DNA of 64,000 nucleotides, taken from positions 11,222,001 through 11,286,000 of the forward strand of contig OZ024740.1 in NCBI GenBank assembly GCA_964016885.1, read 5' to 3'. How positions within the stretch are numbered: the stretch's first letter is position 1; every line of letters begins with the position of its first letter. Both the position numbers and the translations under genes were made by a program. The notes beneath the pieces are model-generated. The model saw only the letters and a program-made list of their open reading frames with translations. It ran no database searches and had not been told where the DNA came from. Source of the stretch: Eledone cirrhosa. Taxonomy: Eukaryota. Below are positions 43,470 to 58,572 of this stretch, in pieces.

Positions 43470-45332
43470 CTATTTTGGTGTTGAAAGTGAAGAAAGAAAA
43501 GCACTTACCTCTCCGGGTTGCGTAATTTCCATGGCATCAGGTGTGTTGGGTGGAGGGATGTTTTGTGGTGGTGTGGGGGTACACGTGTGTGGTGGGGTTG
43601 GGGTATTTGGAGTTGTGTCAGGGAGAGGGGCGGTTATGGGGAAATCTTTCAAGAGGACGCGATTCAACGGTTTTAAACAGGGGGGGCTCACGTCCCGTCT
43701 AAATTGTTCTTTTAAGGAACGATAAAGGTCCAGAGGGACCTTTATCATTTTTAAATGGGTGAAGTTCTCTGTTGAGATAAAGTTTGGCCCTTCGGTCTGC
43801 ACCATAGGGTTATTGTTTATTAATTTAACCAGTTTTTTGTTTTCTTTATTTATATATGTGTATTGCAACGTCTTTTTTTGTGATGCTGTCAATGTTTCGG
43901 AGAGGGGAGGCGCAGATTTATTTTTGTTTGTTGAGGGTGGGGTGTTTTTGATTGGAGTTGGTGTTTGTGTGTGGGTTATTTGTGGTGTGCTGGGTGTGTG
44001 TTTTCTTTTTTTTCTTTTAACTTGTCTGAAGGCTTCTCCTCCTTCTTCTTCAGAAGTTGGGGGAAACTCTTCAGCGCTAGGTGGGAGGGACGTGTTGTGT
44101 GGTTGTTTTTTTTTTGCGGGAGGGGTAGATTTGTTACTGTTTTTTTTATTATTTGTTTGGAATGGGTTTTGTGGTGGTGGTGGTGGTAATGTTTGTGTCG
44201 TGCTTGTGGTTGGTAATGGTGGTGGTGATGTTTGTGTTGTGGTTGGTGGTGGTGATTTTTGTGTCGTGCTTGTGTTTGGTGCTGGTGGTGGTGATGTTTG
44301 TGTTGTGTTTGTGGTTGGTGGTGTCTGTATTTTGTTTGCTGTGTGTGGTATTAGTGTATTTTTGGAGGTGGGTGGTGCTGGTGTACTGTTTGTGGTGGGT
44401 GTGGGCAATAGTCCTTTTTGGGGGATACGTTTCGGGCAGTTAGCCTTAACGTGTCCCCTTTCCATGCATAAATAGCATGCTGGTCTTCTCCCCTCTACAA
44501 TTATGTCTATTGGGGTAAGGTCATCCAGCCAGATGCGATCCGGGATTTGTGCTATTCTTTCGGGCCTCATTTGGACTAGTATGTCGAGGCCCATTCCCAG
44601 GAACGCATCTCCAGTTGCCCTCCCCATTGACAGCATAGTGTCTTCGCCCATATCAATGAAGCCAGCAATAGCCCACCAGAAGTCCATTGTGGGCAGCATT
44701 GTTTTTACTTTTACCCTCTGTGTTCTTCTACCCATGTAGGAGGGATAGAAGCTATATGTTGTCGACGAGAGTGGGCTTAGGGAAAGCTGAACCGCCGTTT
44801 CTTTGTCTCTTGTTAGGACCGAAATGCTGCCATAGAGTCGGTCCTTTCGTATGAAGAGAATATTCTTCATATAGTCTTTTAGGACTAACTCTATTTCCAT
44901 TTGGCTGGGCTGTGCTGGCTTTCTTGACTGGTTTAGTATAGTTCTGTATATAACTGTGTTTTCTGCTCTGGCTTTCTTGAATTCTGGGGGGGAGTTAATG
45001 GAAAACATTCCGTTTTCCCCCAAAACAATATGTTTCTTTGCTTCGGCCAGTTTTTCTCTGGCGGCAGTTAGGTCAATTGGTGTGTATGTAATGGATTGCT
45101 TTGTTTTCTGGGCGAAAGTTGCCCTGTCGTTATTTGTATTATTTTCTGTTTGTTTGTTTTCTGTTTGCTCATTTTCCTTAACATTTGTTTTTTCATTTTG
45201 TTTGTTTGTTTCAATGTCTAATTTTGTTGTAATTATTTTTTGTTCTTCAGACTTGGGGGGCGTGGCAGAGCTAATGGCAGACATGTCTGCCATCTTTTCC
45301 GCCATGCTGCCAAGAAAGAAATTTTTCGGCAA
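43470..45332 (-). CDS. ORF1: gag-like protein with CCHC zinc knuckle and Pro/Thr-rich linker
   Basis: CYLCMERGHVKANC knuckle, basic KRKKRK patch, position upstream of ORF2. The probable start is the ATG at 45305 or 45293. Confidence 0.82.
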   Translation of the reverse strand: MPKNFFLGSMAEKMADMSAISSATPPKSEEQKIITTKLDIETNKQNEKTNVKENEQTENKQTENNTNNDRATFAQKTKQSITYTPIDLTAAREKLAEAKKHIVLGENGMFSINSPPEFKKARAENTVIYRTILNQSRKPAQPSQMEIELVLKDYMKNILFIRKDRLYGSISVLTRDKETAVQLSLSPLSSTTYSFYPSYMGRRTQRVKVKTMLPTMDFWWAIAGFIDMGEDTMLSMGRATGDAFLGMGLDILVQMRPERIAQIPDRIWLDDLTPIDIIVEGRRPACYLCMERGHVKANCPKRIPQKGLLPTPTTNSTPAPPTSKNTLIPHTANKIQTPPTTNTTQTSPPPAPNTSTTQKSPPPTTTQTSPPPLPTTSTTQTLPPPPPQNPFQTNNKKNSNKSTPPAKKKQPHNTSLPPSAEEFPPTSEEEGGEAFRQVKRKKRKHTPSTPQITHTQTPTPIKNTPPSTNKNKSAPPLSETLTASQKKTLQYTYINKENKKLVKLINNNPMVQTEGPNFISTENFTHLKMIKVPLDLYRSLKEQFRRDVSPPCLKPLNRVLLKDFPITAPLPDTTPNTPTPPHTCTPTPPQNIPPPNTPDAMEITQPGEVSAFLSSLSTPK

Positions 45333-45517
45333 AAATAGATATTTATTTTACCCCCTAAAAAGGGGGTAAATGCAAAAATGTTTCCCTAAATAACAGGGGT
45401 TAGTGTTCCAAATGTGTTGCACTAAAAAATTTATCCGGTACTTACAATAGTAAGGGTAAATCCCGATGGAATAGCGGAGCCGATGCGAAGCGTGTCTTAC
45501 TCTATCAAGATAGATAG

Positions 45518-45569
<52 letters not shown>

Positions 45570-45914
45570 CATAATATATACATACATGCATACATATATA
45601 CATACATACACACATTAATATATGTATGCTTAAAGAGAGAAACGTTGAGAAAGGAACGAAAGATGAATGAAAGAGAAAGACAGAGTTGAGAGAGAAACAA
45701 TGAGAGAACGAGTTGGGGAAAGTGAGATATTAAAGAGATAGAGAGGGGAAAAGTGAGAGATTAAAGAGATAGAGAGTGGGAGAAGTTGTAAGTTTGTAAA
45801 AGACAGAGATTGCGAGAAGAAAGTAGCTGTATGGAGGATGAATACATTGATGATGAATGGACGTGACTTCCGCATCCTAGTTACCGCCTACCACCCTACC
45901 TCACTATCACATGA

Positions 45915-46450
45915 ATGGTGGGGGCGGTGGTAGCAGGGAAACTGGTGCTAGTGGTGGCGGTGATGGTGGTGGTGATGGCGGTGATGGTGGTAGTGCCGCA
46001 ATTGTTGCTAGATGTGGCGGAGTTGTCGGTGTGGTGGTGCTGGTGGTGGTGTTGTGGTGGTGGTGGTGGTGGTGGTGGTTGTGGTGGTGGTAGTGCTGCA
46101 ATTGTTGGTAGTTGTGGCGGAGATGTCGGTGTGGTGGTGGTGGTGTTGGTGGTGGTGGTGGTGGTGGTGTTGGTGGTGGTGGTGGTGGTGGTGGTGGTGG
46201 TGATGGTGGTGGTGCTGGTGGTGGTGGTAGTGCTGCAATTGTTGGTAGTTGTGGCGGAGATGTCGGTGTGGTGGTGGTGGTGTTGGTGGTGGTGGTGGTG
46301 GTGGTGGTGGTGGTGGTGGTGGTGGTGATGGTGGTGGTGGTGGTGGTGGTGATGGTGGTGGTGCTGGTGGTGGTGGTAGTGCTGCAATTGTCGCTAGATG
46401 TGGCGGAGATGTCGGTGTGGTGGTGGTGGTGGTGGTGGTGGTGATGGTGG

Positions 46451-46487
<37 letters not shown>

Positions 46488-46625
46488 GTGGGGGGGGCTG
46501 CAATTGTTGGTAGATGTGGTGGATGTGTCGGTGGTATTGTTGGTGGTGATGGTAGACATGTATGTAGTGTTGATGGAGGTGGTGGTAATGAATGTGGTGA
46601 CGGTGGTGGTGGGACGGGGGTGGTA
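45915..46625. repeat. Compound minisatellite: about 40-bp core separated by variable (GGT)n
   Basis: GTGCTGCAATTGTTGGTAGTTGTGGCGGAGATGTCGGT-like core at about 45991, 46091, 46228, 46377 and 46497. Confidence 0.88.
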
Positions 46626-46739
46626 GGGGCAATGCTGCTGCTGCTGGCCGGAAGTGTGAATGAGGTGTCACCCATTTTCTTATCTATGTCTGAACAAAGG
46701 GGAAGGATGGCGGGAAAGATCCCTTATTGATGATTAAGG

Positions 46740-48418
46740 AGCTTTGCGGAAAGCGGTGTCGGCCTACGCCGATGACGTGACAGTAATGGTGTCGACGGCC
46801 TCCGAAATCGAGGCGGTCGGCACCTTACTGGAGGAGTACGAAAGGTTCACAGGGGCTAAGCTGAACCGGGACAAGTCGATCGGTTTGCAACTCGGCACGT
46901 GGAGGGGCAGACCGATGCCCTCCGATGGCGTCGTCGGACGCTGGACGGAGGGCCCGGTGAAGTTGCTCGGGGTCTGGTTCGGACCGGACCTCCAGGTGGA
47001 GAAAAACTGGGCGGAGGTTACGAACAGGGTGTTTGCACTGACCCAGACGTGGGCCAGTTGCAAACTATCCCTGAAAGGTCGGGCGGAGGTGGCGAACACC
47101 TACATAGCGTCCGTCATCTACTACCGCCTGACCGTAGTGCCCTGTTAAAGGGAAACCCTCACCAAGATGGAGCGCGCACTCTTCCAATTCCTTTGGAAGA
47201 GGCGGGCTCCTATGGTGAGGAGATCCATCTGCTGTCAACACCCTTCGAAAGGAGGGCTGGGGATGCCGTGGTTAATGATGCGTAAACACGCATTAAGGCT
47301 ACGGCACCTCTACGTATTCCTCACCGGTCAACCGGTGTGGGCCTCGTTTGTGAGACGAACCTTTCCCAGACTCGTCTCACTCACCGAGCTGCAATCCTGG
47401 GTCAAGCAAAGACCGAGAAAACTGGGCGCCTGGCACACTCAGTGTGCCCAGGCGCTCACCGCCCTCTGGCAGGCGGATCCGGTTATCAGTGGAGACTCCA
47501 CCGCAACATTCTATAGAGGGCTGGTACGCAGCAGGTGCGACGACGCCCTCGGAGAAGCCCTAGACATGGAGGTGGACGAACTGGCCAGCCTGTTCGGTAG
47601 GACATTCAGCCCGGGACCTATGGACAACTTCCAGAAGTCTCTGGCCTGGCAGTGCTACCGAGGGGCTTTACCCGTTCGAGAAAGGCTCTACAGACACGGG
47701 CGCCCGGGTAGGGACCCCGCCAAAAAGATCTGTCCCAGATGCGTGTGCGACGAGGAAACCGTTGCACACGCATTGGTACACTGCTCGGGCGTAGCCGATC
47801 TGTGGGGCTATGTCGAACAACTGCTGTCAAGGGTGGGACCGATCCGGTTGACCACCGAGTCTATTGTAATGATCAAGCCGCCTCCCCCCTTCAAAGATGA
47901 AGCAGAGGCGGTGTTTCTGTGCGTAATAGCCATGGCGAAAGAGGTTGTATGGTGGACGCGTCTGAAAGGACTGAGGTCAGGCACCTTTCTCTCTGGCCAA
48001 CAACTGGTCCGTTTCTTCCGATATCATTTCGGAAGAAGGATCAGGATGGAGAGAGAGGTGCTCCACCCCAGTCGTTTTTATGAAAGGTGGGTGAAAGTGG
48101 CGAGAATGGCCCGTGTGAATGGGCCTTCTCTTTACATAAGCCTGTAGGTGGAAAAGAGGAAGGAACGAGGGAGCACCCCCTCTCTGTGCTCCTGAGGAAA
48201 AGGGTTGCACACTTTTTTCGGGGGTGTGTGCGACCTCCCAAGGCGCCTCCTCTCTATTGAGGATTTTGTTATAAATTTTATTTTTTGTTATATTTTATTT
48301 TATTTTTATATTTTGTTATTGCCTCCTGCTTATTGAGGACGCCTTTTTGTGTAAACTCCCCCCTTTGTACTTGTCCCACTTTTGATGCCCTGGTGGCAAA
48401 TAAAAGAAACATATCTAT
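46740..48418 (+). mobile_element. 5'-truncated Tx1/L1-type LINE related to family A
   Basis: AYADD to C-terminus closely similar to 40036-41430; TAA stop at 47146-47148; 3' end GGCAAATAAAAGAAACATATCTAT. Confidence 0.9.
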
Positions 48419-48479
48419 AGGAAAGAGAGGAGAGAGATAGAGGGTAATATATATATATATAGAGAGAGAGAGAGACTTT

Positions 48480-48518
<39 letters not shown>

Positions 48519-48574
48519 AGGGTTGACGGACCCAGCATATTTATCTATGCCAGTACCGTATGTTTATGTATATA

Positions 48575-48630
<56 letters not shown>

Positions 48631-48647
48631 AAATATATATATATATG

Positions 48648-49071
48648 TAGATAAATCTACCAAAAAGTACGGTAGTGTCCAATCCGTATGAAGAACTCAA
48701 TGTAATCCAAGTATCATGAAAAGAGAAGATGTATTCAAAAATTTTTTTCGATGAAAAACACAGGAAAACAGAGTCAAGATAAATTAATAAAAATAATGAA
48801 TAAAAACAAAGACAAAGAAACAGTTCCTTATATTAAAAAATTCATCATTTTACGATCGTTTCTAGGATAGATATTATTTCTGAAGACAGCATAAATATGT
48901 GTAGGTATGTATATTCCCTCTGATAGTTTGTAAAAATTTTACATACATCTATATGATATACATACCAACACACACACATATATATCCTAGAAACGATCGT
49001 AAAATGATGAATTTTTTAATATAAGGAACTGTTTCTTTGTCTTTGTTTTTATTCATTATTTTTATTAATTT
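48648..49071. mobile_element. Foldback mini-element carrying a complete HHR
   Basis: About 48782-48872 is inverted at about 48979-49069; left part homologous to 17251-17480; TA flanks. Confidence 0.8.
48872..49009 (+). ncRNA. Type-I hammerhead ribozyme with about 100-nt stem II
   Basis: TATTATTT-CTGAAGA(48880-48886)-stem II incl. ATATGTGT/ACACATAT and GGTATGTATAT/ATATACATACC-GAAA(48990-48993)-CGATCG-TA-AAATGATG. Confidence 0.78.
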
Positions 49072-49127
49072 AATATATATATATATATATATTATGTATA
49101 TATATATATACATATATATATACATAA

Positions 49128-52288
<3,161 letters not shown>

Positions 52289-52501
52289 TATATATATATA
52301 TACAGGGAGTGTAACTTGGAGTTACTGCAGGTTCACCCGGGTGAGCACTCGATATTTAGGTTCGCTTCTGTGTTGAGCTGCCGATTATTGAGTCGGGTAA
52401 GATCGATACAGATCGAACCTTGAGCTGATCAGTGGCGAAACGGGCGTCACCTACCAATAAATGTAATGAAGGAGTAACCAATCGTCCTTGTTATCCTTTC
52501 A

Positions 52502-52719
<218 letters not shown>

Positions 52720-52805
52720 TATATTAAACTTGTTTCACTCTACTAATGTATTGAGTACTTTAAAGGAGTACTCAATACCGAAGTGGAGTTTTAATATTCA
52801 TTATT

Positions 52806-52991
52806 GGTAGATTGGCAGTATCGAGGTTCGAACGCCATGCTTTGCGGCAGAAGGTTACGTCCCTTTACGATCTGAGTTCAAATCCTGCCGAGGTTAACTT
52901 TGCCTTTCATTCTTACGAGGTCGATAAAGTAAAGTACCAGTAATGCAGTGGGATAATTGCTGGCTTGTGCCAAAAGTAGAAAGAATTATTA
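52806..52991 (+). mobile_element. tRNA-derived SINE with MESC/Meta-like body
   Basis: A-box-like TGGCAGTATCG; B-box GAGTTCAAATCC (52874-52885); GCCTTTCATTCTTACGAGGTCGATAAA..AGTACC body; ATT tail. Confidence 0.78.
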
Positions 52992-52994
52992 AGG

Positions 52995-53129
52995 CTAAGA
53001 ATGTGATTCTTGTTACTCTGGAGTTTCGCCTGTTTAACCTCGTCAGGATTTGAACTCGGGACGAAAGGGGCCATAAATCTATGCTGCAAAGCATGGCGTC
53101 TGACGCTCTACCGATACTGCCAACCCACC
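52995..53129 (-). mobile_element. Second SINE head of the same family, opposite orientation, different tail
   Basis: Minus strand GGTGGGTTGGCAGTATCGG...CGCCATGCTTTGC...GAGTTCAAATCCTGACGAGGTTAA. Confidence 0.72.
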
Positions 53130-53253
53130 GAGCAGTGTAAAAATGTTTATTTCACAGGCTAATTATGAAACGCATTGAAACACGTGTAAGACTTTCCAGT
53201 ATTCAATAAATGATTCATTGAATATCGTCATGTGCTTTGTTTTCAATTAACCA

Positions 53254-53338
<85 letters not shown>

Positions 53339-53340
53339 AA

Positions 53341-53638
<298 letters not shown>

Positions 53639-54959
53639 CGCACATGGTCGAAAGAAGGTCATGAAATCGCTCCCGTAAGTTTTTGATTTTTAACATATTT
53701 AAATCAATTGTGAAATAACAATTCTTAGTACAAATGATGCATAAGCACCAGACTCAAGTCTCAGGAAAATTCGGATCCATAATATATTGTTATATCGCTC
53801 AAATATTCAATTTTGTAATATACATTTTACATTCAAAAAAGAAAATGGTTATAAATGGAAGAAAACCCCCTCTGTCTACACTATATAGAACAGCCAAATA
53901 ACAGCAATTTCACAAACACCACAAACTAGATACACCACCTACCCCACCACTCCTCTGTGTACACTAAATACAACAGCCAGATAACGGCAATTTCACCACC
54001 ACCACCGCCAATCCCAGCATAATAATTATAATTACTATTATTATTGTCTCAAGTTTTCACAAAATGTTTAATTCCAATATAAAGTAAATATGTCAACACA
54101 TATACGCGACTAACCGCATAGATTCACCGATCAAACAAAAATACAGTCTATTCAACAAAACTCAGTAACGACAACGCCATCACTACAGTGACCGCCGCCA
54201 TAACCCATCCATCATTGCTACCACTATCCCATCGCCGCCGCCGCCACTCCTTCATTGCTGCCACCGCTATTCCCCCATTACCTTCTGTTAACTTACGAAA
54301 GGGGAAGGTGGCGGTATCACTAGACAATGTTAATAAACAATATTAATATTTAATTTTGGATCAGGAATGTTAGAGTCGAAAAGGAGAAAAATGGCAAAAT
54401 GACTAAATAGCTAAATTGCTAAAGATAATTTCACCACCAACACCACCGCCACTACCACGCTTAAAACTCTGGTCAAGTTGCCTCGGCCGCTATTTCTACT
54501 CCAACTTCAACACCATCGCTACAGTACTACGATCACATCACCACCGCCACTGCCTCATTATCGCTGCCGCCGCTATTCTCTCCCACTGCCTCCTGCTAGG
54601 TACTACTAGCACAGCACCGCCACCACCACCACCGCCACTGCTTCACTATCACTGCCGCCGCTATTCTCTCCCACTAGCCCCTGCTACATCGTAGTGTCCC
54701 CACTAAAAGAGGAAGGCATCAAAATATATAAATAGACTGAATTGATGACCCGGTCAAAATCAAAAAGCCAAAATTCAAAATCAAAGCAGCACAGCAACAA
54801 CGAAAAACGTAAAGAAAAGAAAAATGAAGAGAAAAACAAACAGACGGACAGAGAAGGGAAGGGAAAAACTAAGTCAGACATTCAAACATTACATTACAAT
54901 GAAACTTATGCCTGTTTGTTTGTTTGTTTATTTATGTTCGTCTACAGCGTGATAATGCC

Positions 54960-57900
54960 ACACAAAAATCACCGGGAGTGACGAAATCACCGGAGGTGAT
55001 GAAATCACCGGTGGTTATGTAACCATACATTCGCCAATCCTCGATAAGAGTGTTTAAATGTCGAACCTAAACAGTTCGAATAACGGTGAAATGGAGACTA
55101 GAATGTCATGTGACAGACTCTCGCCCAACAGGTGCTCCCTGGCTCAGCAGCAGGGACCTGGCTGTCAACCAAATACTGCTGGTGTCGGAGGAAGAAGAAG
55201 AAGGAAAGGGACCAGAACCAACTGGACGAAAGAATTGAATAGAACTGTTATGCAATGTTACCTGAAGAGTAACCCCAAGGAGAAAGGTTATAGGAAACGG
55301 ATGCATAACATCTGGAACGAGATTGGTCTATTTAAATTAGATGAACAAAAATTGGCCGGGCAGGCTCGGGTAATAAGAACTAATGGGTGGATAAGCGAGC
55401 TGGAACTGGAGGAACTGGGCAGAGAGATTAGCTTGGAAATGGAGAGTGGAGTATGCCAGGCAAACGAGCCAGTGGGAAATGAAGGTGAGGAGGTCGAGAA
55501 AACGGAGGAACCACCCGAAGCAGACAATGATCTGAATGCTGAGATAAATAATACCTGGAACAGAGATACGGCCACTGAGGAGATGAATGCTGACGGGCTA
55601 GGACAAGATTTGGTTGATATCCTAAACTTAGTGGTAGATGAATTGAACAATGATAGTGGGAAACCTATGAACCTAAGATTTGTAGACAGGAAAAAGTTAA
55701 AAGAAACAACAGCTAAGGTAAACAAAGTCATCCCATACCTTGAGGCGAGGAGCCTTCACCAGTGCAACAATATCCTCAAAGCAACAGCAAATACGGTGAG
55801 GAAACTACTTGGTATAAAAGCGAGAGGAAACAACAAACAAGAAAGATCAGAGCCTTGGTTGAAGAAACGACTGAGTGGTCAAATCAGGGAAATGAGAAAT
55901 GACATTGGAAAGCTTGAGTCCCTACTGAATGGGACACTAAAAAACATAGACACTAAAAATAGACTGGAAATAAAGTACAAAACTAGGAGGAAAAAGCTAA
56001 ATATTATCATAGAGGAACTGAAGCAACGCATTGTAGCAAAGAGTGCAAAAATCAGGCGATACGAGAACAGAGTCAGTCGGTATAGACAGAACCGCATGTT
56101 CGACAACAACCAGAAGATGCTGTTTGGACAGCTTGAAGGGAAAGAAAGAGGCAACGACTTGATCCCTGAGGCGGAACAAACTAAAACATTCTGGAGAGGA
56201 ATATGGGAGCAGGATGTTAAACATAATGACCAGGCAGTGTGGATTGAGACAGTGCAGAAGGAGATTAGTGAACAGGCACACCAACAAACTGATTTGAGTA
56301 TCACAGTTGAAACTCTTAAGGGGCAGGCCAAAAAACTAACCAACTGGAAATCACCAGACCCAGATGGTGTGCAGGGGTATTGGATTAAAAATATAACATC
56401 CCTCCACCCGAAACTGACAACCATGTTCAATGACTGCTTGATGTCAGGTGAGTGGTTGACAAAAGGTACCACAGTTCTGATAATGAAAGACCGAATCAAG
56501 GGTAATGATGTTACCAACTATAGACCTATCACATGTCTGTCCGTAATGTGAAAACTGTTGACAAGCATTATGTCTGAGGAAATCTACCATCACCTCCACA
56601 TAAACAACTTGTTACCGGACAAACAGAAAGGATGCCGAAAGAAGTCACGTGGTAGAAAGGACCAGTTACTTATTGATAAGGTGGTAATGAGGAATTGCAA
56701 GAGGAGACACACTGGTCTTGCCATGGGATGGATAGACTACAAAAATGCATTTGACATGGTGCCTCATTCTTGGATCCCCAAAAGCCTGGAGATCTTCAAG
56801 GTGGCAGATAACATCAGACAGTTGTTGGGCAAAAGTATGAGGTCCTGGGAAACAGAGTTAACATCAGCTGGAGAATCCTTGGGAAGCGTGAAGATCAAGA
56901 GAGGTATCTTCCAGGGAGATAGTCTGTCCCCTCTGTTGTTTGTCCTTGCCCTGATGCCCCTGACCAGTGTACTGCGAAAAGTGAGAGCAGGATACGGGTT
57001 GGGAAAGGGAGGGCTTACCATCAATCACCTCCTCTTCATGGACGATCTTAAGCTCTTCGGGAAGAGTGAGGAGTTGGATGTGCTTGTTGACACTGTCCGT
57101 ATTTTCAGCAATGATATATGTATGCAATTTGGTATTAGTAAGTGTGGAGTGCTTGTGATGAAGAGGGGTAAATTGAGCAGAAGTAACGGAATCCAGGTAC
57201 CAACAGGTGAGATGATAAAGGAAATTGACTCTGAAGAAGGATACAAGTATTTGGGTGTTCTGGAGGCTGATGACATCAAGAACAAAAAAATGAAGGAATT
57301 GATAAGAACTGAATACATTCGGAGAGTAAGGAGCGTATTAAAGTCACATCTGAACAGTAGGAATGCCATAAGTGCAGTAAATTCCCGAGCTGTGTCTATT
57401 ATTAGGTACAGTGCGGGAATTCTGAGATGGAATGTTGCTGAACAAAAAGAAATGGATAGGAAGACTAGGAAGCTATTGACTATCTACAACATGTTCCACA
57501 AGAGGAGTGATGTCGATAGACTCTACTTAAGGAGATCTGAAGGTGGAAGAGGTCTTATCAGCATAGAGGACTGTGTTCAGATGGAGAAAAACAACCTACA
57601 CAAATACGTGACTGATAGTAAGGAGCCACTGCTCAGAACTGTACTGAAGGAGGGGACAATAGACCAGGGGATGTCCAAGGAGGAAATAACATCAAGGAGA
57701 AAGAGCAGCCTTCAGGAAAAATCCCTTCATAGTACCTTCTTTGAGAAAACTGAATTCAGAGATCCACAGACATGGAACTGGTTGAAAAGAGGAGACCTTA
57801 AAAAGGCTACAGAAGGAATGTTAATGGCTGCGCAGGAGCAGGCTCTCAAAACGAAGTGGTTGAAACACCATATTTACAAGGAGGAGGCTAGCCCACTGTG

Positions 57901-58572
57901 CAGGATCTGTGGAGAGAGAGAGGAGACTGTGGCTCACATTGTATCCGAGTGTAAACACCTAGCCCAGACTCACTATAAGGGCTGGAGACATGATGTGATG
58001 GGTAGGGTGATCCACTGGCACCTATGCAAAGTAAACAATTTACCACATTCTGAGAAGTGGTATGAGCATAAGCCAGAGTCGGTGATAGAAAACGATCAGG
58101 TGAAGGTGATGTGGGATTTTAGGATACAGACGGACAAGAAACTGGAACACAATAGACCTGACCTGGTGGTTGTGGACAAAGAAAAAAGATCGTGCCTGAT
58201 TGTGGATGTGGCCTGCTCATTCGACACGAGAGTGCAAGAGAAGGAGAGGGAGAAAATTAACCGATACCAGGACTTAAAGTGGGAGGTAAAAAGGATTTGG
58301 AACTGCCATGAAGTCAAAGTGATCCCGATTGTCATAGGCGCACTAGGTACTATCTCAAAAAGTTTCCAGGGATGGTTAAAGAAAATTGGCCCCTTCACGC
58401 TTTTTGGAACGCTTCAAAAGGCATGCTTGCTGGGAACAGCAAGAACGCTCCGATACGTCCTGAATATCTGAGGCTGGAGGTAGTGGCTTGATATTCATTT
58501 CAACAAACTTTCCAGTTAACTAACATCAATGACTGAGACTCAAAGAATAATAATAATAATAATAATAATAAT
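54960..58572 (+). mobile_element. R4/Dong-type RLE non-LTR retrotransposon with (TAA)n tail (5' boundary approximate)
   Basis: One long frame with RT, CCHC and PD-(D/E)xK endonuclease; short 3' UTR then (AAT)n at 58545-58572. Confidence 0.88.
55058..58471 (+). pseudogene. Dong/R4 ORF, split by a TGA at 56549-56551
   Basis: NYRPITCLSVM*KLL (conserved W codon); [64 protein letters not shown]. Confidence 0.88.

Larger units (their letters stand above)
39803..45507 (-). mobile_element. Full-length Tx1/L1-type LINE, family A, flanked by (GATA)n
   Basis: Two long ORFs; 3' end GGCAAATAAATAGAAATTTAT; (AGAT)n at 39786-39803 and 45508-45568. Confidence 0.92.

Noticed and set aside
45991-46535. CRISPR-like repeat-spacer pattern
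   Set aside because: Eukaryotic context; the spacers are just (GGT)n; no cas genes.
52806-52890. tRNA gene
   Set aside because: A and B boxes are present, but there is no clean cloverleaf and it is fused to a SINE body.
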